Source of the DNA: an uncultured delta proteobacterium
GTDB lineage: Bacteria > Myxococcota_A > Polyangia > Fen-1088
Reading direction: 5' to 3'
DNA length: 64,000 nucleotides
Assembly (NCBI GenBank): GCA_963755125.1
Contig: CAVWIP010000015.1
Location: forward strand, 64,001-128,000
Below are positions 50,806 through 60,778 of this stretch, piece by piece. A program made the position numbers and the translations under genes. Below the pieces are notes generated by a model. That model saw only the letters and a program-made list of their open reading frames with translations. It searched no databases and was not told where the DNA came from. Each line of letters begins with the position of its first letter. Positions within the stretch are counted from its first letter, which is position 1.

Positions 50806-50891
50806 CGCGGACGGCGCTATACTACGCCCTGAGCGGCGTTCCGGACCTGTCCGGAGCTGCGGGCGCGCAATGTAGTCCCCAGGAGGAGAAC

Positions 50892-51236
50892 ATGGTCGCG
50901 TTTGAGATCTACGTTGATGGTGAGAGACTCTGCACCGCCGGAGTCGGAGGTGCGAGAGTCTTGACCGCCATCGTTACATGGGTCAACCGAGGCGATCCTA
51001 CTCATGGACAAACGGATCTACGCGTTGGAGGCCTCGCGCACACGCAGCCGGGTGACGGTCGGGCTTAGGTCGATTGGGTTCATCGCTTGCTCCAGCTTGG
51101 ATCGGAAGTTCGGATTCGCGTGATTGAGACCGGTCGCGTGGATGAACCTGGCACTACAAGGACCATCGACGCAGCCGAGGATCTGGAATCGGAACGACGC
51201 TACTACGAGCAATTGAAGAAGAAGTTTGAAGGATAG
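50892..51236 (+). pseudogene. Hypothetical 114-codon gene interrupted by an in-frame TAG at codon 59
   Basis: RBS AGGAGGAG; MVAFEIYVDGERLCTAG...DGRA*VDWVHRLLQLGSEVRIRVIE...YYEQLKKKFEG*; same frame continues with protein-like sequence. Confidence 0.75.
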
Positions 51237-51258
51237 ATCCCGCGGGCCAGCGGCCAGG

Positions 51259-52020
51259 CTATATTCCCCAGCCGCCACTGACATGCAGGCTAGTGCCCGT
51301 GACGTAGGCGGCTTCGTCGGAGAGCAGGTACAGCACGGCGCTGATTGAGTCGGCGAGGGAGCCGATGCGGCCGGCGGGGATGGTCTTGACCAGGCCGGCC
51401 AGTTCGGCCGGGTCCAGCGACCCGGAATCAATGAAGCCGGGAGACACGGCATTGACCGTGACGTTGTGCTTGGCCAATGCCTTGGCCAGGCTGCGCACCA
51501 AACCCAGCACGCCCACCTTGGACAGGTAGTGCGCGGTGAGCTGGGTTTGCGCTACCAGCCGATCGGCATTGGCCATGGAAAACGCCACGATGCGGCCGCT
51601 TTGCTGGTTGACCATGACCGGTGCGACCAGACGGGCTAGGTAGAAGAAGCTGTCCAGGTTGCCGGCGAACATCTCGCGCCAGCCCGCGGGCGTTTCATCG
51701 AGCACGTCCACGCGGTGATAGGGACCGGCGCAGTGAATGAAAGCATCGATGCGACCCTGCCAGTCGAGCACCTGGCGGACCAGAGTCGCACACACCTCGG
51801 GCACCGACACGTCGGCATGGAGGGCCAGGGCGCGGCCGCCGTTGCTCTCGATAGCCGAGGCGGTTGCCTCGGCCTCGGCCCGGCTCTTGCGGTAGCACAG
51901 CGCGACTGCCCAACCGCGCTCGCCCAGCCGCAGCCCCACCTCGCGGCCGATGCCCTTGGCTCCACCCGAGATCAGCGCGGTCTTTGACCCAACCTGTCCC
52001 GCTTGGCGCGCCGATTCCAT
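51259..52020 (-). CDS. SDR family oxidoreductase
   Basis: SGGAKGIG, HYLSK (YxxxK), VNAVSPG, YVTG..L.VSGG. Confidence 0.93.
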   Translation of the reverse strand: MESARQAGQVGSKTALISGGAKGIGREVGLRLGERGWAVALCYRKSRAEAEATASAIESNGGRALALHADVSVPEVCATLVRQVLDWQGRIDAFIHCAGPYHRVDVLDETPAGWREMFAGNLDSFFYLARLVAPVMVNQQSGRIVAFSMANADRLVAQTQLTAHYLSKVGVLGLVRSLAKALAKHNVTVNAVSPGFIDSGSLDPAELAGLVKTIPAGRIGSLADSISAVLYLLSDEAAYVTGTSLHVSGGWGI

Positions 52021-52022
52021 GG

Positions 52023-53435
52023 TCAGCGAGGCCGGTCCTCTTCCTCGGCGTAGTTCTGGAACTTGGTGAACTCGCGCAGGAACGTCAGCATCACCGTATC
52101 GGTGGGGCCATGTCGATTCTTGCCGATGATGAGCTCGGCCTTGTTTCGCTCCGCACCCTCGGTGCCGTACATCTCCTCGCGGTGTATGAAGAGGATCATG
52201 TCGGCGTCCTGTTCGATGGCGCCCGATTCGCGCAGATCGGAAAGCTGCGGTCGCTTGTCCTCACGCCTTTCCAGGCCGCGATTGAGCTGGGAAACCGCGA
52301 TGATGGGAATGCGCAGGTCCTTGGCCAGGGCCTTCAGCCCGCGCGAGATCTCGGCAATCTCGCGCTCGCGCGACTCCTCCCGCCGGCCGCCCAGGCCGCG
52401 GGCGAGCTGCAGGTAGTCCACCACCATCAGGCCGAGCGGGGCCCGGCCCTCGGCGGTCTGCGGGAAGTACTTGGGGTTGCCGCGAAAACGCCGCGCCTTG
52501 GCACGCAGTTCGAGGATGTTGGGGGCGGCCGAGTCGTCGATGAGGATGGGCGCCTTGGTCAGCCGGTCGGCCGCGGGGTAGATGTGACTCTTCCAGTCGC
52601 CGTACTCGATCATGCCCCGGCGCATGCGGCTGGAATCGATGCGGGCCTCGCCCGCCAGCATTCGTTCCATCAGTTCGAATTTCGACATCTCGAGCGAAAA
52701 GATCAGCACCGGGATGCCGTGGTTGAGCGCCGCATGGGTGGCCACATTGATGGCCCACGAGGTCTTGCCCACTCCCGGCCGTGCGGCCACCACGATCAGG
52801 TTCTCGGGCTGCAGGCCCGCGCTGATCTCATCCAGCTTGGTGAAGCCGGTGGGCACGCCGGTGATCTGCCGGCGTTCCATGGAACGGGTCTGCAACTCGT
52901 TGACCACGTCGCCGAGCAGCTCACCTACCGGCTGAAACGACTCGCGCCGGTTCTGCTGCGCGACCTTGAAGATCTGCGTCTCGGCGTCGTCGAGGAATTC
53001 CTCGTAGCTGCCGAATTCGCCGTAGGCGCGCGACTGGATCTCGGCGCAGGCTGCGATCAGCCGGCGCAACGTCGCCTTCTCCTTCACCAACCGGACATAG
53101 TGGCTGATGTTCTCGGCGGTGGGGACGGAGTTGGCCAGGGTGATAAGGTAACTGGGGCCGCCCTCCAGGCGGGGCAGGGCGCCGCGCGATTTCAGCTCAT
53201 CGCCCAAAGACACCACGTCGATGGGCTGGCGGCGTTGCTCCAGTTCCATCATGGCGGCAAAGATCTCTCGATGCGCGGGCAGGAAGAAATCGTCTGCGGT
53301 CAGCACCGTGGCCATCTCGTCGAAGGCCAGGGGTTTGACCAGCACGCCGCCCAAGGCGGACCGTTCCGCCTCCAAGTTGTGCGGCGGCAACCGTCCGGAG
53401 GGGCTGCCGTCTGCAAGGGCGAGAGATTCAGCCAT
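52023..53435 (-). CDS. dnaB: Replicative DNA helicase
   Basis: PPHNLEAE, AARPGVGKT, VDYLQL, SQLNR, SDLRESGAIEQDAD, KNRHGP. Confidence 0.98.
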   Translation of the reverse strand: MAESLALADGSPSGRLPPHNLEAERSALGGVLVKPLAFDEMATVLTADDFFLPAHREIFAAMMELEQRRQPIDVVSLGDELKSRGALPRLEGGPSYLITLANSVPTAENISHYVRLVKEKATLRRLIAACAEIQSRAYGEFGSYEEFLDDAETQIFKVAQQNRRESFQPVGELLGDVVNELQTRSMERRQITGVPTGFTKLDEISAGLQPENLIVVAARPGVGKTSWAINVATHAALNHGIPVLIFSLEMSKFELMERMLAGEARIDSSRMRRGMIEYGDWKSHIYPAADRLTKAPILIDDSAAPNILELRAKARRFRGNPKYFPQTAEGRAPLGLMVVDYLQLARGLGGRREESREREIAEISRGLKALAKDLRIPIIAVSQLNRGLERREDKRPQLSDLRESGAIEQDADMILFIHREEMYGTEGAERNKAELIIGKNRHGPTDTVMLTFLREFTKFQNYAEEEDRPR

Positions 53436-53666
53436 GGGGGGACAAGTCTACGCCAAAGGGATACGAACGCGCGCACCAACTCGTCGGCTGTCCGAGCAGC
53501 GTGCCCGTCATCGGCAACGGCAGCGTGAGCGACCAGCGTGCAGTCGGCTGCGTGTGCGACTTGCGTGAGCGGCCCACGGATCGCCTTTCGCCTTCCACGC
53601 GCCACCCACGAACTCGCGCACGCGATCCGCTCTTCGTGCGGCCCGTAGTCTCCCAGCAGCCTCCGG

Positions 53667-54116
53667 CTACTGCTCCTTCTTGACCACCCACACCTTGATC
53701 TTCGCCACCGTGTCGCGTCCCAGCTTGATGGGAACCTCGCTCATGCCCAGGTTGCGCAGCGGCTCGTCAAGTTGGATCTTCTTGCTGTCCACCTTGACTC
53801 CCTGCTCGGCCAGTGCCTCGGCGATGTCGCGGCTGGTGACCGACCCGTAGAGTTTGTCGCCTTCGCCCACCGCGCGGGACACCGACACCGAAACCTGCGA
53901 CAGGCGGTCTGCCTCGGAATGGAGTTCCTTGGCCAGCTTGGCGACCCGCGAGGCAATCGCGCGTTGTTCGTGGGCGAGGCGGGCTTCGTCCTTCTCGGTG
54001 GCCGGCACAGCCATGCCACGGGGAAGCAGGTAGTTGCGCCCGTAGCCGTCACGAACGCTGACCACCTCGCCAGCCTTGCCCAGGTTGTCCATGTCTTCAC
54101 GTAGGATGATTCGCAT
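53667..54116 (-). CDS. rplI: 50S ribosomal protein L9
   Basis: LGKAGEVVSVRDGYGRNYLLP, KLYGSVT. Confidence 0.98.
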   Translation of the reverse strand: MRIILREDMDNLGKAGEVVSVRDGYGRNYLLPRGMAVPATEKDEARLAHEQRAIASRVAKLAKELHSEADRLSQVSVSVSRAVGEGDKLYGSVTSRDIAEALAEQGVKVDSKKIQLDEPLRNLGMSEVPIKLGRDTVAKIKVWVVKKEQ

Positions 54117-54134
54117 GACGTCCTCCCGCGTTTC

Positions 54135-54407
54135 CTAGTTGCCGGTCACGGCAAAAGGCATGAGCGCTATCATACGGGCGCGGGACACGGCCCGGCCGAT
54201 CTCACGCTGGTGCTTGGCACAATTGCCGGTCAACCGGCGCGGCACCAATTTTCCGCGGTCGGCGATGAAGTACTTGAGCAGCCCGACATCCTTGTAGTCG
54301 ATCTTGAGGTTCTCGTCCGTGCAGAATTTGCACGCCTTGCGGCGGCCCATCTTTTTCCGCCCGGTGTCTTGCTCGAGATCGGAATCCTTCTGTTCTGGTC
54401 GTGCCAT
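54135..54407 (-). CDS. rpsR: 30S ribosomal protein S18 (zinc-binding C+ type)
   Basis: [26 protein letters not shown]. Confidence 0.98.
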   Translation of the reverse strand: MARPEQKDSDLEQDTGRKKMGRRKACKFCTDENLKIDYKDVGLLKYFIADRGKLVPRRLTGNCAKHQREIGRAVSRARMIALMPFAVTGN

Positions 54408-54410
54408 GGC

Positions 54411-54941
54411 TTAGTCTCCCCTCCGGGTAGGCTCGTCGACCTTCCCGAAAACTGCTTCTTCGAAGTCGAACGCGCCTTCCTCGTCTTCGTCACCGAAGGG
54501 CCGCGCGCCGGCCTGTCCGGTGGCGATGGCTTCCTCGTCCGGCCCGGGCACCGAGGCATTGGCAAACAACTCGTCAGTCACCTCGGAGGTGCGGGTGGCG
54601 GGGTCCACGTTCTCGGCGATCTTGACCGAGTACTGGCGAATCACGCTGTCGGTGAGGTGAAGGTTGCGCTCGATCTCCTCGACCAGGCCCGGGTTTCCCA
54701 GATAGCGAAAGAAGATGTAGATGCCCTTGAGTTGCTTCTTCACTTCGTAGGCCAGCTTGCGGCGTCCCCAGTTCTCGATCTTGAGCAGGGTGCCGCCGCC
54801 GGCCTCGAGCACGCCGCGAATCTTGCTGTTGGTCGCGCCAATGACCTCGTTGCTCACGTCCGGCTTGAGTATGAAGATGGTCTCATACTCGCGCGTTCTT
54901 CCGGGTATGTCCCGACACGATACTCGTCTCTTTTCTGCCAT
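54411..54941 (-). CDS. rpsF: 30S ribosomal protein S6 with acidic C-terminal extension
   Basis: REYETIFILKP, WGRRKLAYEVKK. Confidence 0.97.
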   Translation of the reverse strand: MAEKRRVSCRDIPGRTREYETIFILKPDVSNEVIGATNSKIRGVLEAGGGTLLKIENWGRRKLAYEVKKQLKGIYIFFRYLGNPGLVEEIERNLHLTDSVIRQYSVKIAENVDPATRTSEVTDELFANASVPGPDEEAIATGQAGARPFGDEDEEGAFDFEEAVFGKVDEPTRRGD

Positions 54942-54948
54942 GTGTGTT

Positions 54949-54996
54949 CTCCCTTTGGACCTGTGTCCCGGCCGGCCAAGCCGCCGGGCAAGGAGT
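54949..54996 (-). ncRNA. Putative S6:S18 ribosomal protein leader
   Basis: Minus strand ACTCCTT-GCCC...hairpin...AAAGGGAG; the pyrimidine tract can pair with the rpsF Shine-Dalgarno and has an adjacent CCC motif. Confidence 0.5.
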
Positions 54997-55013
54997 TGGT
55001 GGAGCCAGACGCC

Positions 55014-55604
55014 CTATGCGCCCGCCTCGCTTTCATTCCTCTTGCGTTTGTTGAATGTGTTCATGGCCACCTGCAACCCACTCTTCACGATGGTTTCGGT
55101 GGCATCCGCGGCCTCGCCAATCAGATCCGGCAGCAAGCGCCGCTCGTCTTCGGCAAAATCAGCCAGCACGTAGTCGGCTGCATCCCACTGTGCCGGAGGC
55201 CGCCCGATGCCGAGGCGGACCCGGGAAAAGTCCGGCGAGCCCCACTCCTGGATGATCGACTGCAGGCCATTGTGCCCCCCGCTTCCGCCGCCGCAGCTGA
55301 GCTTGAGCCGGCCGAATGGGACGTCCAACTCGTCGTGCACGACCACGGCCTGTTCAGGCGGAATCTTCCAGAAAGCGGCCGCGCGTTGCACGGCCAGGCC
55401 GCTGCAGTTCATGAACTCCATCGGCTTGCACAAGAGCACGGACTCGCCCGCCAAGCTCGCCTCGCTCAATTCGGCCCCCAGCTTGCGGCGGAACGCAGGA
55501 GATCCCGTGCGCCGCCACAGTTCATCGAGCACCATGAAGCCCACATTGTGTCGGTTGCGTGCGTAGCGCGGTTCAGGATTGCCGAGCCCCACCAGCAGCC
55601 ACAT
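55014..55604 (-). CDS. pth: Peptidyl-tRNA hydrolase
   Basis: LVGLGNP, RHNVGF, FMNCSG, VHDELD, GGHNGL, RLGIGRP. Confidence 0.97.
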   Translation of the reverse strand: MWLLVGLGNPEPRYARNRHNVGFMVLDELWRRTGSPAFRRKLGAELSEASLAGESVLLCKPMEFMNCSGLAVQRAAAFWKIPPEQAVVVHDELDVPFGRLKLSCGGGSGGHNGLQSIIQEWGSPDFSRVRLGIGRPPAQWDAADYVLADFAEDERRLLPDLIGEAADATETIVKSGLQVAMNTFNKRKRNESEAGA

Positions 55605-55644
55605 CGCATCTGCGCTCGGCAAATCCCATCCGGGGAACGCAGGG

Positions 55645-56418
55645 TCACTTGCCCTTCTTCTCCGGCTCTTTCCTGGCTGCCGGGGCTGCCTTGGCCCCTG
55701 CCGCCGGGGCCGCCTTGGCCCCTGCTGCCGCAGGAGCGCCCGCAGCAGGAGCCGCACCCGGCGCTGCGCCCGGAGCGGCCGGAGCCGCACCCTCGGCCGG
55801 AGCCGCGCCTTCGGCCGGAACTGCGCCCGCAGCAGCTTCCTCGACCTTCTCGGCCCGCGGCGCCACCACTGACGCCAGGGCTTCCTTGGGATCCAGCATG
55901 ACCTTCACGCCTGGTGGCAGCTTGAGATCGCTGGCGTGCAAGGCGTCGCCAATCTTGAGCGCGGTCACATCCATTTCGATCTTGGTGGGGATGTCTGCCG
56001 GCTTGGCTGCGATGGGAAGATTGCGATAGCTCTGGTGCAGGTTACCACCGTCGGTCACACCCACCGGCATGCCCAGCAGATAGACGGGAATGGTCACCTT
56101 CACGGTTTCGTCCAGGCTGACGCGGATGAAGTCAACGTGCACCGGCTGTCGCGACATGGGATCGATCTGCACGTCGCGGATCATGACGGTCACATCTTCG
56201 GCCCTGCCATCACCCTGTACCGACAACACGAACACCGTGTTGCGCTGCCGGTCCTTGTCGAGCGCCTTCACCAGCGCCACCGGATCGAGCGACAGCGAGA
56301 GCGGCTGGGCCTGGTGCCCGTAGAGAATGGCGGGAAGCTTGCCCGCCGCGCGCGTCCTGTGCGCCGGCCCCTTGCCAGACAGAGTGCGAACCTCGGCGGA
56401 AACCTTGGCAAAATCCAT
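55645..56418 (-). CDS. rplY: 50S ribosomal protein L25/general stress protein Ctc with Ala/Pro-rich tail
   Basis: LPAILYG, HVDF, GVTDGG; lies between prs and pth. Confidence 0.95.
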   Translation of the reverse strand: MDFAKVSAEVRTLSGKGPAHRTRAAGKLPAILYGHQAQPLSLSLDPVALVKALDKDRQRNTVFVLSVQGDGRAEDVTVMIRDVQIDPMSRQPVHVDFIRVSLDETVKVTIPVYLLGMPVGVTDGGNLHQSYRNLPIAAKPADIPTKIEMDVTALKIGDALHASDLKLPPGVKVMLDPKEALASVVAPRAEKVEEAAAGAVPAEGAAPAEGAAPAAPGAAPGAAPAAGAPAAAGAKAAPAAGAKAAPAARKEPEKKGK

Positions 56419-56446
56419 GATGAGATCCTTTGTTGCTCTCGCTCGC

Positions 56447-57388
56447 TCAGATGAAGAGGGTACTCAGCGAGTCCCCCATGTGGATACGCTTGACTGCCTC
56501 TCCCAGAAGACGCGCGACGGAGAGGACCCGGACCTTGGGCGAGGCCTTGACATCGGCCCGGGCCGGGATGGAATCGGTGATGATGATTTCTTTGATGGAG
56601 CTAGCGTGGATGCGCTCCAGGGCGGGGTCTGACAGCAGGCCGTGCGTAACGCAGGCATAGACAGCGCGCGCGCCGTTCTTCATCAGTCCCTGGGCAGCGG
56701 CACACAGGGTGCCGGCGGTGTCGACCAGGTCGTCGACGATGATGGCGTCGCGGCCGTTCACGTCGCCGATGATGTTGACCAGCTCGGCCACATTGGGTGC
56801 GGGACGACGCTTGTCGATGATGGCCAGGCTGGTGTCGAGTCGCTTGGAGTAGGCCCGCGCTCGCTCGACGCCGCCGGCATCGGGCGAGACGATCACCGAA
56901 TTGCCGGGGAACTTGCTACGCAGGTAGTCCATCATCACCGGCATGGCGAAGATATGATCCACCGGGATGTTGAAGAAACCCTGAATCTGGCCCGCGTGCA
57001 GATCCATGGCCAGCACGCGATCGACGCCGGCTGCGGTCAATAGATCCGCCACCAGACGTGCCGAGATGGGCGTCCGTGGTCGGGTCTTGCGGTCCTGGCG
57101 CGCATAGCCAAAGTAGGGCATGACCGCGATGATGCTGCCAGCCGACGCCCGCTTGAGGGCGTCGATCATGACCAGCAACTCCATCAGGTTGTCGTTGACC
57201 GGCGTGCAGGTCGGCTGGATGACGAAGCAGTGGACTCCCCGGACGTTCTCGTTGATCTCGACGTCTGACTCACCGTCGGCGAAGCGCTTGACATTGGCGC
57301 GACCGATGGGGGTGTCCAGGTAGCGACACACGTCCTCCGCGATCTCGCGGTTCGCGTTGCCGCTAAATATTCTAAATGGTTTGGTCAC
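56447..57388 (-). CDS. prs: Ribose-phosphate pyrophosphokinase
   Basis: [46 protein letters not shown] start. Confidence 0.98.
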   Translation of the reverse strand: MTKPFRIFSGNANREIAEDVCRYLDTPIGRANVKRFADGESDVEINENVRGVHCFVIQPTCTPVNDNLMELLVMIDALKRASAGSIIAVMPYFGYARQDRKTRPRTPISARLVADLLTAAGVDRVLAMDLHAGQIQGFFNIPVDHIFAMPVMMDYLRSKFPGNSVIVSPDAGGVERARAYSKRLDTSLAIIDKRRPAPNVAELVNIIGDVNGRDAIIVDDLVDTAGTLCAAAQGLMKNGARAVYACVTHGLLSDPALERIHASSIKEIIITDSIPARADVKASPKVRVLSVARLLGEAVKRIHMGDSLSTLFI

Positions 57389-57437
57389 TGCGCATCCTGT
57401 CCCGGGGACGGGCGACTGGCCCCCTCGGAGGGCGCGA

Positions 57438-57466
57438 ATATTGCCACCCGGGGATCCAGGTGTCAA
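57438..57466 (-). promoter_or_regulatory. Sigma-70 promoter of the prs operon
   Basis: Minus strand TTGACA-N17-CAATAT with a TG extended -10 element. Confidence 0.6.
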
Positions 57467-57625
57467 CGGATGGCTGGGATTCTGGTGCAAGGGGCTGGGA
57501 GGGAGGCGGCGACGGGTCCGTGCCGCAGGGCCCAGTCAAATTGGAGCTCATGAGGACCTCATGTCGCAACTAGGCAATGCACCCTCTCGCCGAGGCGCGG
57601 CCGCCGCCAGCCCCACCCCACTCCC

Positions 57626-60600
57626 TCATGCCGCCAACTCGGGGCTGCCTTCCCTCGGCATGCCGGCGGCCGTGGCTGCGCGCTCGGCTTCCAGATCCCT
57701 CTCGTGCGCTTTGCGGTGGTCGCGGGCGAGGAGCACGTAGATGGACGGTACGGCGAATAGTGTGAACAGCGTGCCGATCGACATTCCGCCCACCAGCACC
57801 ACGCCAATCGAATTGCGCGCCACTGCGCCCGGGCCTGTCACCAAGGTGAGAGGAAACAGCCCGGCGACGGTCGCTATTGTGGTCATCAAGATCGGACGCA
57901 GCCGCATTGCGGCCGCCGCCTGCACAGCCTCGATCTTGGACAGGCCGCGCTCTTGCTGGACGTTGGCGAATTCCACAATCAGGATGCCGTTCTTCGACAC
58001 CAAACCAACCAGGGTAACCAATCCGACCTGGGAGTAGATGTTCAGTGTCACCGTCCATCCCTGGGTCAGAGCGAAGGTCATGCCCGGCGGGCCCTGGAAT
58101 TTCAGGAAGGTGAAGATGAGCGCGCCGAACATCGCTAGGGGCGCTGACCCGGCCAGGATGACGAAGGGATCGCGGAAGGAATTGAACTGTGCGGCCAGGA
58201 CCAAGAAGATGAGCACCAGGGCAAGGGCCAACGCAGGCAGGAACTTTCCACTTTCCTGGCGAAGCTGGCGCGATTCACCGGTGTAATCGATGCGATAGCC
58301 AGGCGGGAGAATCTTGGCCGCCTCGTCTTCCAGCACGCGCAGCCCGTTTTCCAGCGAGCGCGACGGGACGCCCGAGATCTTGACGGCATTGAGCTGCTGG
58401 AAGCGGTTGAGCGTGCGCGGCTCGATTTCCTTGCGGATCTGGGCCACCGCCCCGAGTGGCACGAGCTGTCCGCGCGGCCCTGTGACGTAGATGCGCTGCA
58501 AATCGTCGGGCGTCAGTCGTCCGGCACGCTCCACCTGCGCGATCACCTTGTAGGCCCGGCCGTCGATGGTGAAACGGTTTACGTAGTGCCCGCCGAGCAT
58601 CGCCGCCAGATCGCCGCCCACCTGCTGCAGGCTGATCCCCATCGAAGCAATCTTGTCGCGGTCGAGCACGATTTCGGCCTTGGCCTGATCGATCTTCACA
58701 TCGCCGTCAGGCGGAAAAGCGAATTGGCCGCTCTGCATGGCCACAAGCTTGAGCCGGTCGGCAAAGCGCGCGATCTCTTGGTGGTCAGCGGTCGAGGCGA
58801 TCACGAACTCGACGGGCATGAGGCCCGCGCTGGGCAGGGCCGGAGGCAGGAACACCGGGGCCCGCACGCCAGCGATGTTGGCCAGCTTGAAGTTGGTCTC
58901 GTTGGCGATGGCAAAGATTTGCCGGCTGCGCTGATCCCAGGGCTTGACCAACATGCCGCCATAACCCTGGAAGGGAAAGGTGATCTGGAAGGCGTTCTCA
59001 TACTCCGGCGTCTCCTTGAAGATGCGTGTCACCTCGGCGCGGAAGGGGTCGAGCTGCTCCAGTGTGGCGTTGGGCGGCACCAGCATCGCGCCGAACACCA
59101 CCCCTTGGTCCTCATTGGGCGCAAGCTCTTTGGGCGAGAACATGTACATGGGAATTACAGCCAGGGTCAGCATGAACCACCCGACGTACGCGGCGCCGCG
59201 GGCTCGCAGTGTGGCGGCAAGCATTCGGCCGTAGATGTGCTTGAACCAATCGAAGCCGCGGTCGATGTGCCGCGGCAGCCAACCCGGCTGGTACACCGGA
59301 TTGAGCAGCTTGGAACACATCATGGGCGACAGGGTCAGCGCCACCACGCCGGAGATGAACACCGCCCCGGCCAGGGTGAAGGCGAATTCACGGAACAACG
59401 CCCCGGTGAGCCCGCCCTGAAACCCGATGGGGGCGTACACGGCGGCCAGGGTAATGGTCATGGCAATGATCGGGCGTATCAGCTCGCGCGCGCCAATGAA
59501 GGCCGCCTCCAGTCGCGAGCGTCCCTCGCGCACGTGACGTTCGCAGTTCTCGACCACGACAATGGCGTCATCCACCACCAGGCCGACAGAGAGCACAATC
59601 GCCAACAGGGTGAGCAGGTTCACTGTGAAACCTAGCACCTGCATCAGGAACACGGCGCCGACCAGCGACACGGGAATGGCGACCACCGGGACCAGCACCG
59701 TGCGCAGCGAGCCCAAGAAGAGGAAGATGACCACCATGACGATGAGCACCGTCTCGGCCAGAGTGGTGACCACCTCCTTAATGGCGCTCGTGATGTATTT
59801 CGTGGAATCGTAGGCCACGCTGGCCGTCATCCCGGTGGGCAGCTCTCTGCGGATCTGCTGCACCTCGCGGTTCACGCGGCCTATGACGTCGACGGTGTTG
59901 GCGTTGGGCAGAACCCAAACACCCATGAACACCGCACGCTTGCCGCTCATGCGCACGTCCTGGTCGTAGTTGTCGGCGCCCATGACGACATCGGCGATGT
60001 CCTGCAGGCGGATGAGCGTGCCGTTCTGCTCGCGCACCACGAGTTGGCGGAATTCGTCGACGGCGCGCAGGTCGGTCGACGCCGTCAGGTTGAGCTGGAC
60101 CAACGCGCCCTTGGTCTGGCCCACCGCTGACAATGCGTTGTTCGCGGCCAGGGCGTTGCGCACCTGCGCGGGGCTGACGTTGAGCGCTGCCATGCGGTCC
60201 GGCTTCAGCCAGGCGCGGATGGCAAAGGTGCGGCCGCCCAGGATCTCGGCGCGTTGCACGCCCTCGACGGCGGTCAGGCGCGGCTGGACGATGCGAATCA
60301 GGTAGTCGGTGACCTGATTGTCCTGCAGGATGGTCGAGCCGAAGCTCAGGTACATCGCGGCGGTCTGGGCGTCGGACGGCTGCAGGCTGATGGCCGGTAT
60401 TTCGGACTCGGGGGGCAGATCCGCCCGCACCTGGTTCACGCGCGTGCTGACATCGGCCAGGGCCTTGGCGCCGTCGAAGTTGAGCCTGAGACGCACGCTG
60501 ATGGTCGACAGGCCCTGCACGCTCTGTGATTCGATGTAGTCGATGCCGTCGGCGGCGGCGATGGCCTGCTCCAGCGGAGTGGTCACGAAACCGCGCACCA

Positions 60601-60772
60601 GATCGGCGCTGGCGCCCACGTAGACAGTGGTCACCACGATGCTCGCCGCCTCCAGCTTGGGGTACTGGCGGACGTTGAGCGAGCGGATGGCTTGCAGACC
60701 TGCAATGATGATGATCAGGCTGACCACGACCGCGAGAATCGGCCTGCGGATGAAGAGATCGACCAGCCTCAT
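57626..60772 (-). CDS. HAE1 RND efflux permease (MexW/MexI-like)
   Basis: FIRRPILA, GLVVDDAIVVVEN, FREFAFTL, KNGILIVEFA, RLRPILMT. Confidence 0.95.
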   Translation of the reverse strand: MRLVDLFIRRPILAVVVSLIIIIAGLQAIRSLNVRQYPKLEAASIVVTTVYVGASADLVRGFVTTPLEQAIAAADGIDYIESQSVQGLSTISVRLRLNFDGAKALADVSTRVNQVRADLPPESEIPAISLQPSDAQTAAMYLSFGSTILQDNQVTDYLIRIVQPRLTAVEGVQRAEILGGRTFAIRAWLKPDRMAALNVSPAQVRNALAANNALSAVGQTKGALVQLNLTASTDLRAVDEFRQLVVREQNGTLIRLQDIADVVMGADNYDQDVRMSGKRAVFMGVWVLPNANTVDVIGRVNREVQQIRRELPTGMTASVAYDSTKYITSAIKEVVTTLAETVLIVMVVIFLFLGSLRTVLVPVVAIPVSLVGAVFLMQVLGFTVNLLTLLAIVLSVGLVVDDAIVVVENCERHVREGRSRLEAAFIGARELIRPIIAMTITLAAVYAPIGFQGGLTGALFREFAFTLAGAVFISGVVALTLSPMMCSKLLNPVYQPGWLPRHIDRGFDWFKHIYGRMLAATLRARGAAYVGWFMLTLAVIPMYMFSPKELAPNEDQGVVFGAMLVPPNATLEQLDPFRAEVTRIFKETPEYENAFQITFPFQGYGGMLVKPWDQRSRQIFAIANETNFKLANIAGVRAPVFLPPALPSAGLMPVEFVIASTADHQEIARFADRLKLVAMQSGQFAFPPDGDVKIDQAKAEIVLDRDKIASMGISLQQVGGDLAAMLGGHYVNRFTIDGRAYKVIAQVERAGRLTPDDLQRIYVTGPRGQLVPLGAVAQIRKEIEPRTLNRFQQLNAVKISGVPSRSLENGLRVLEDEAAKILPPGYRIDYTGESRQLRQESGKFLPALALALVLIFLVLAAQFNSFRDPFVILAGSAPLAMFGALIFTFLKFQGPPGMTFALTQGWTVTLNIYSQVGLVTLVGLVSKNGILIVEFANVQQERGLSKIEAVQAAAAMRLRPILMTTIATVAGLFPLTLVTGPGAVARNSIGVVLVGGMSIGTLFTLFAVPSIYVLLARDHRKAHERDLEAERAATAAGMPREGSPELAA

Positions 60773-60778
60773 GGGGTT

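Noticed and set aside
51066..51068. Pyrrolysine or genome-wide TAG recoding
   Set aside because: TAG is the evident stop of many conserved genes here (leuA, ftsK, rplI, rpsR, pth); no pyl genes in the window
52023..53435. Intein in DnaB (or in FtsK)
   Set aside because: DnaB is normal length with continuous motifs; the FtsK insert lacks N-terminal Cys/Ser and C-terminal His-Asn signatures
57389..57625. tRNA expected upstream of prs
   Set aside because: No cloverleaf, T-loop GTTCRA or CCA end seen on either strand
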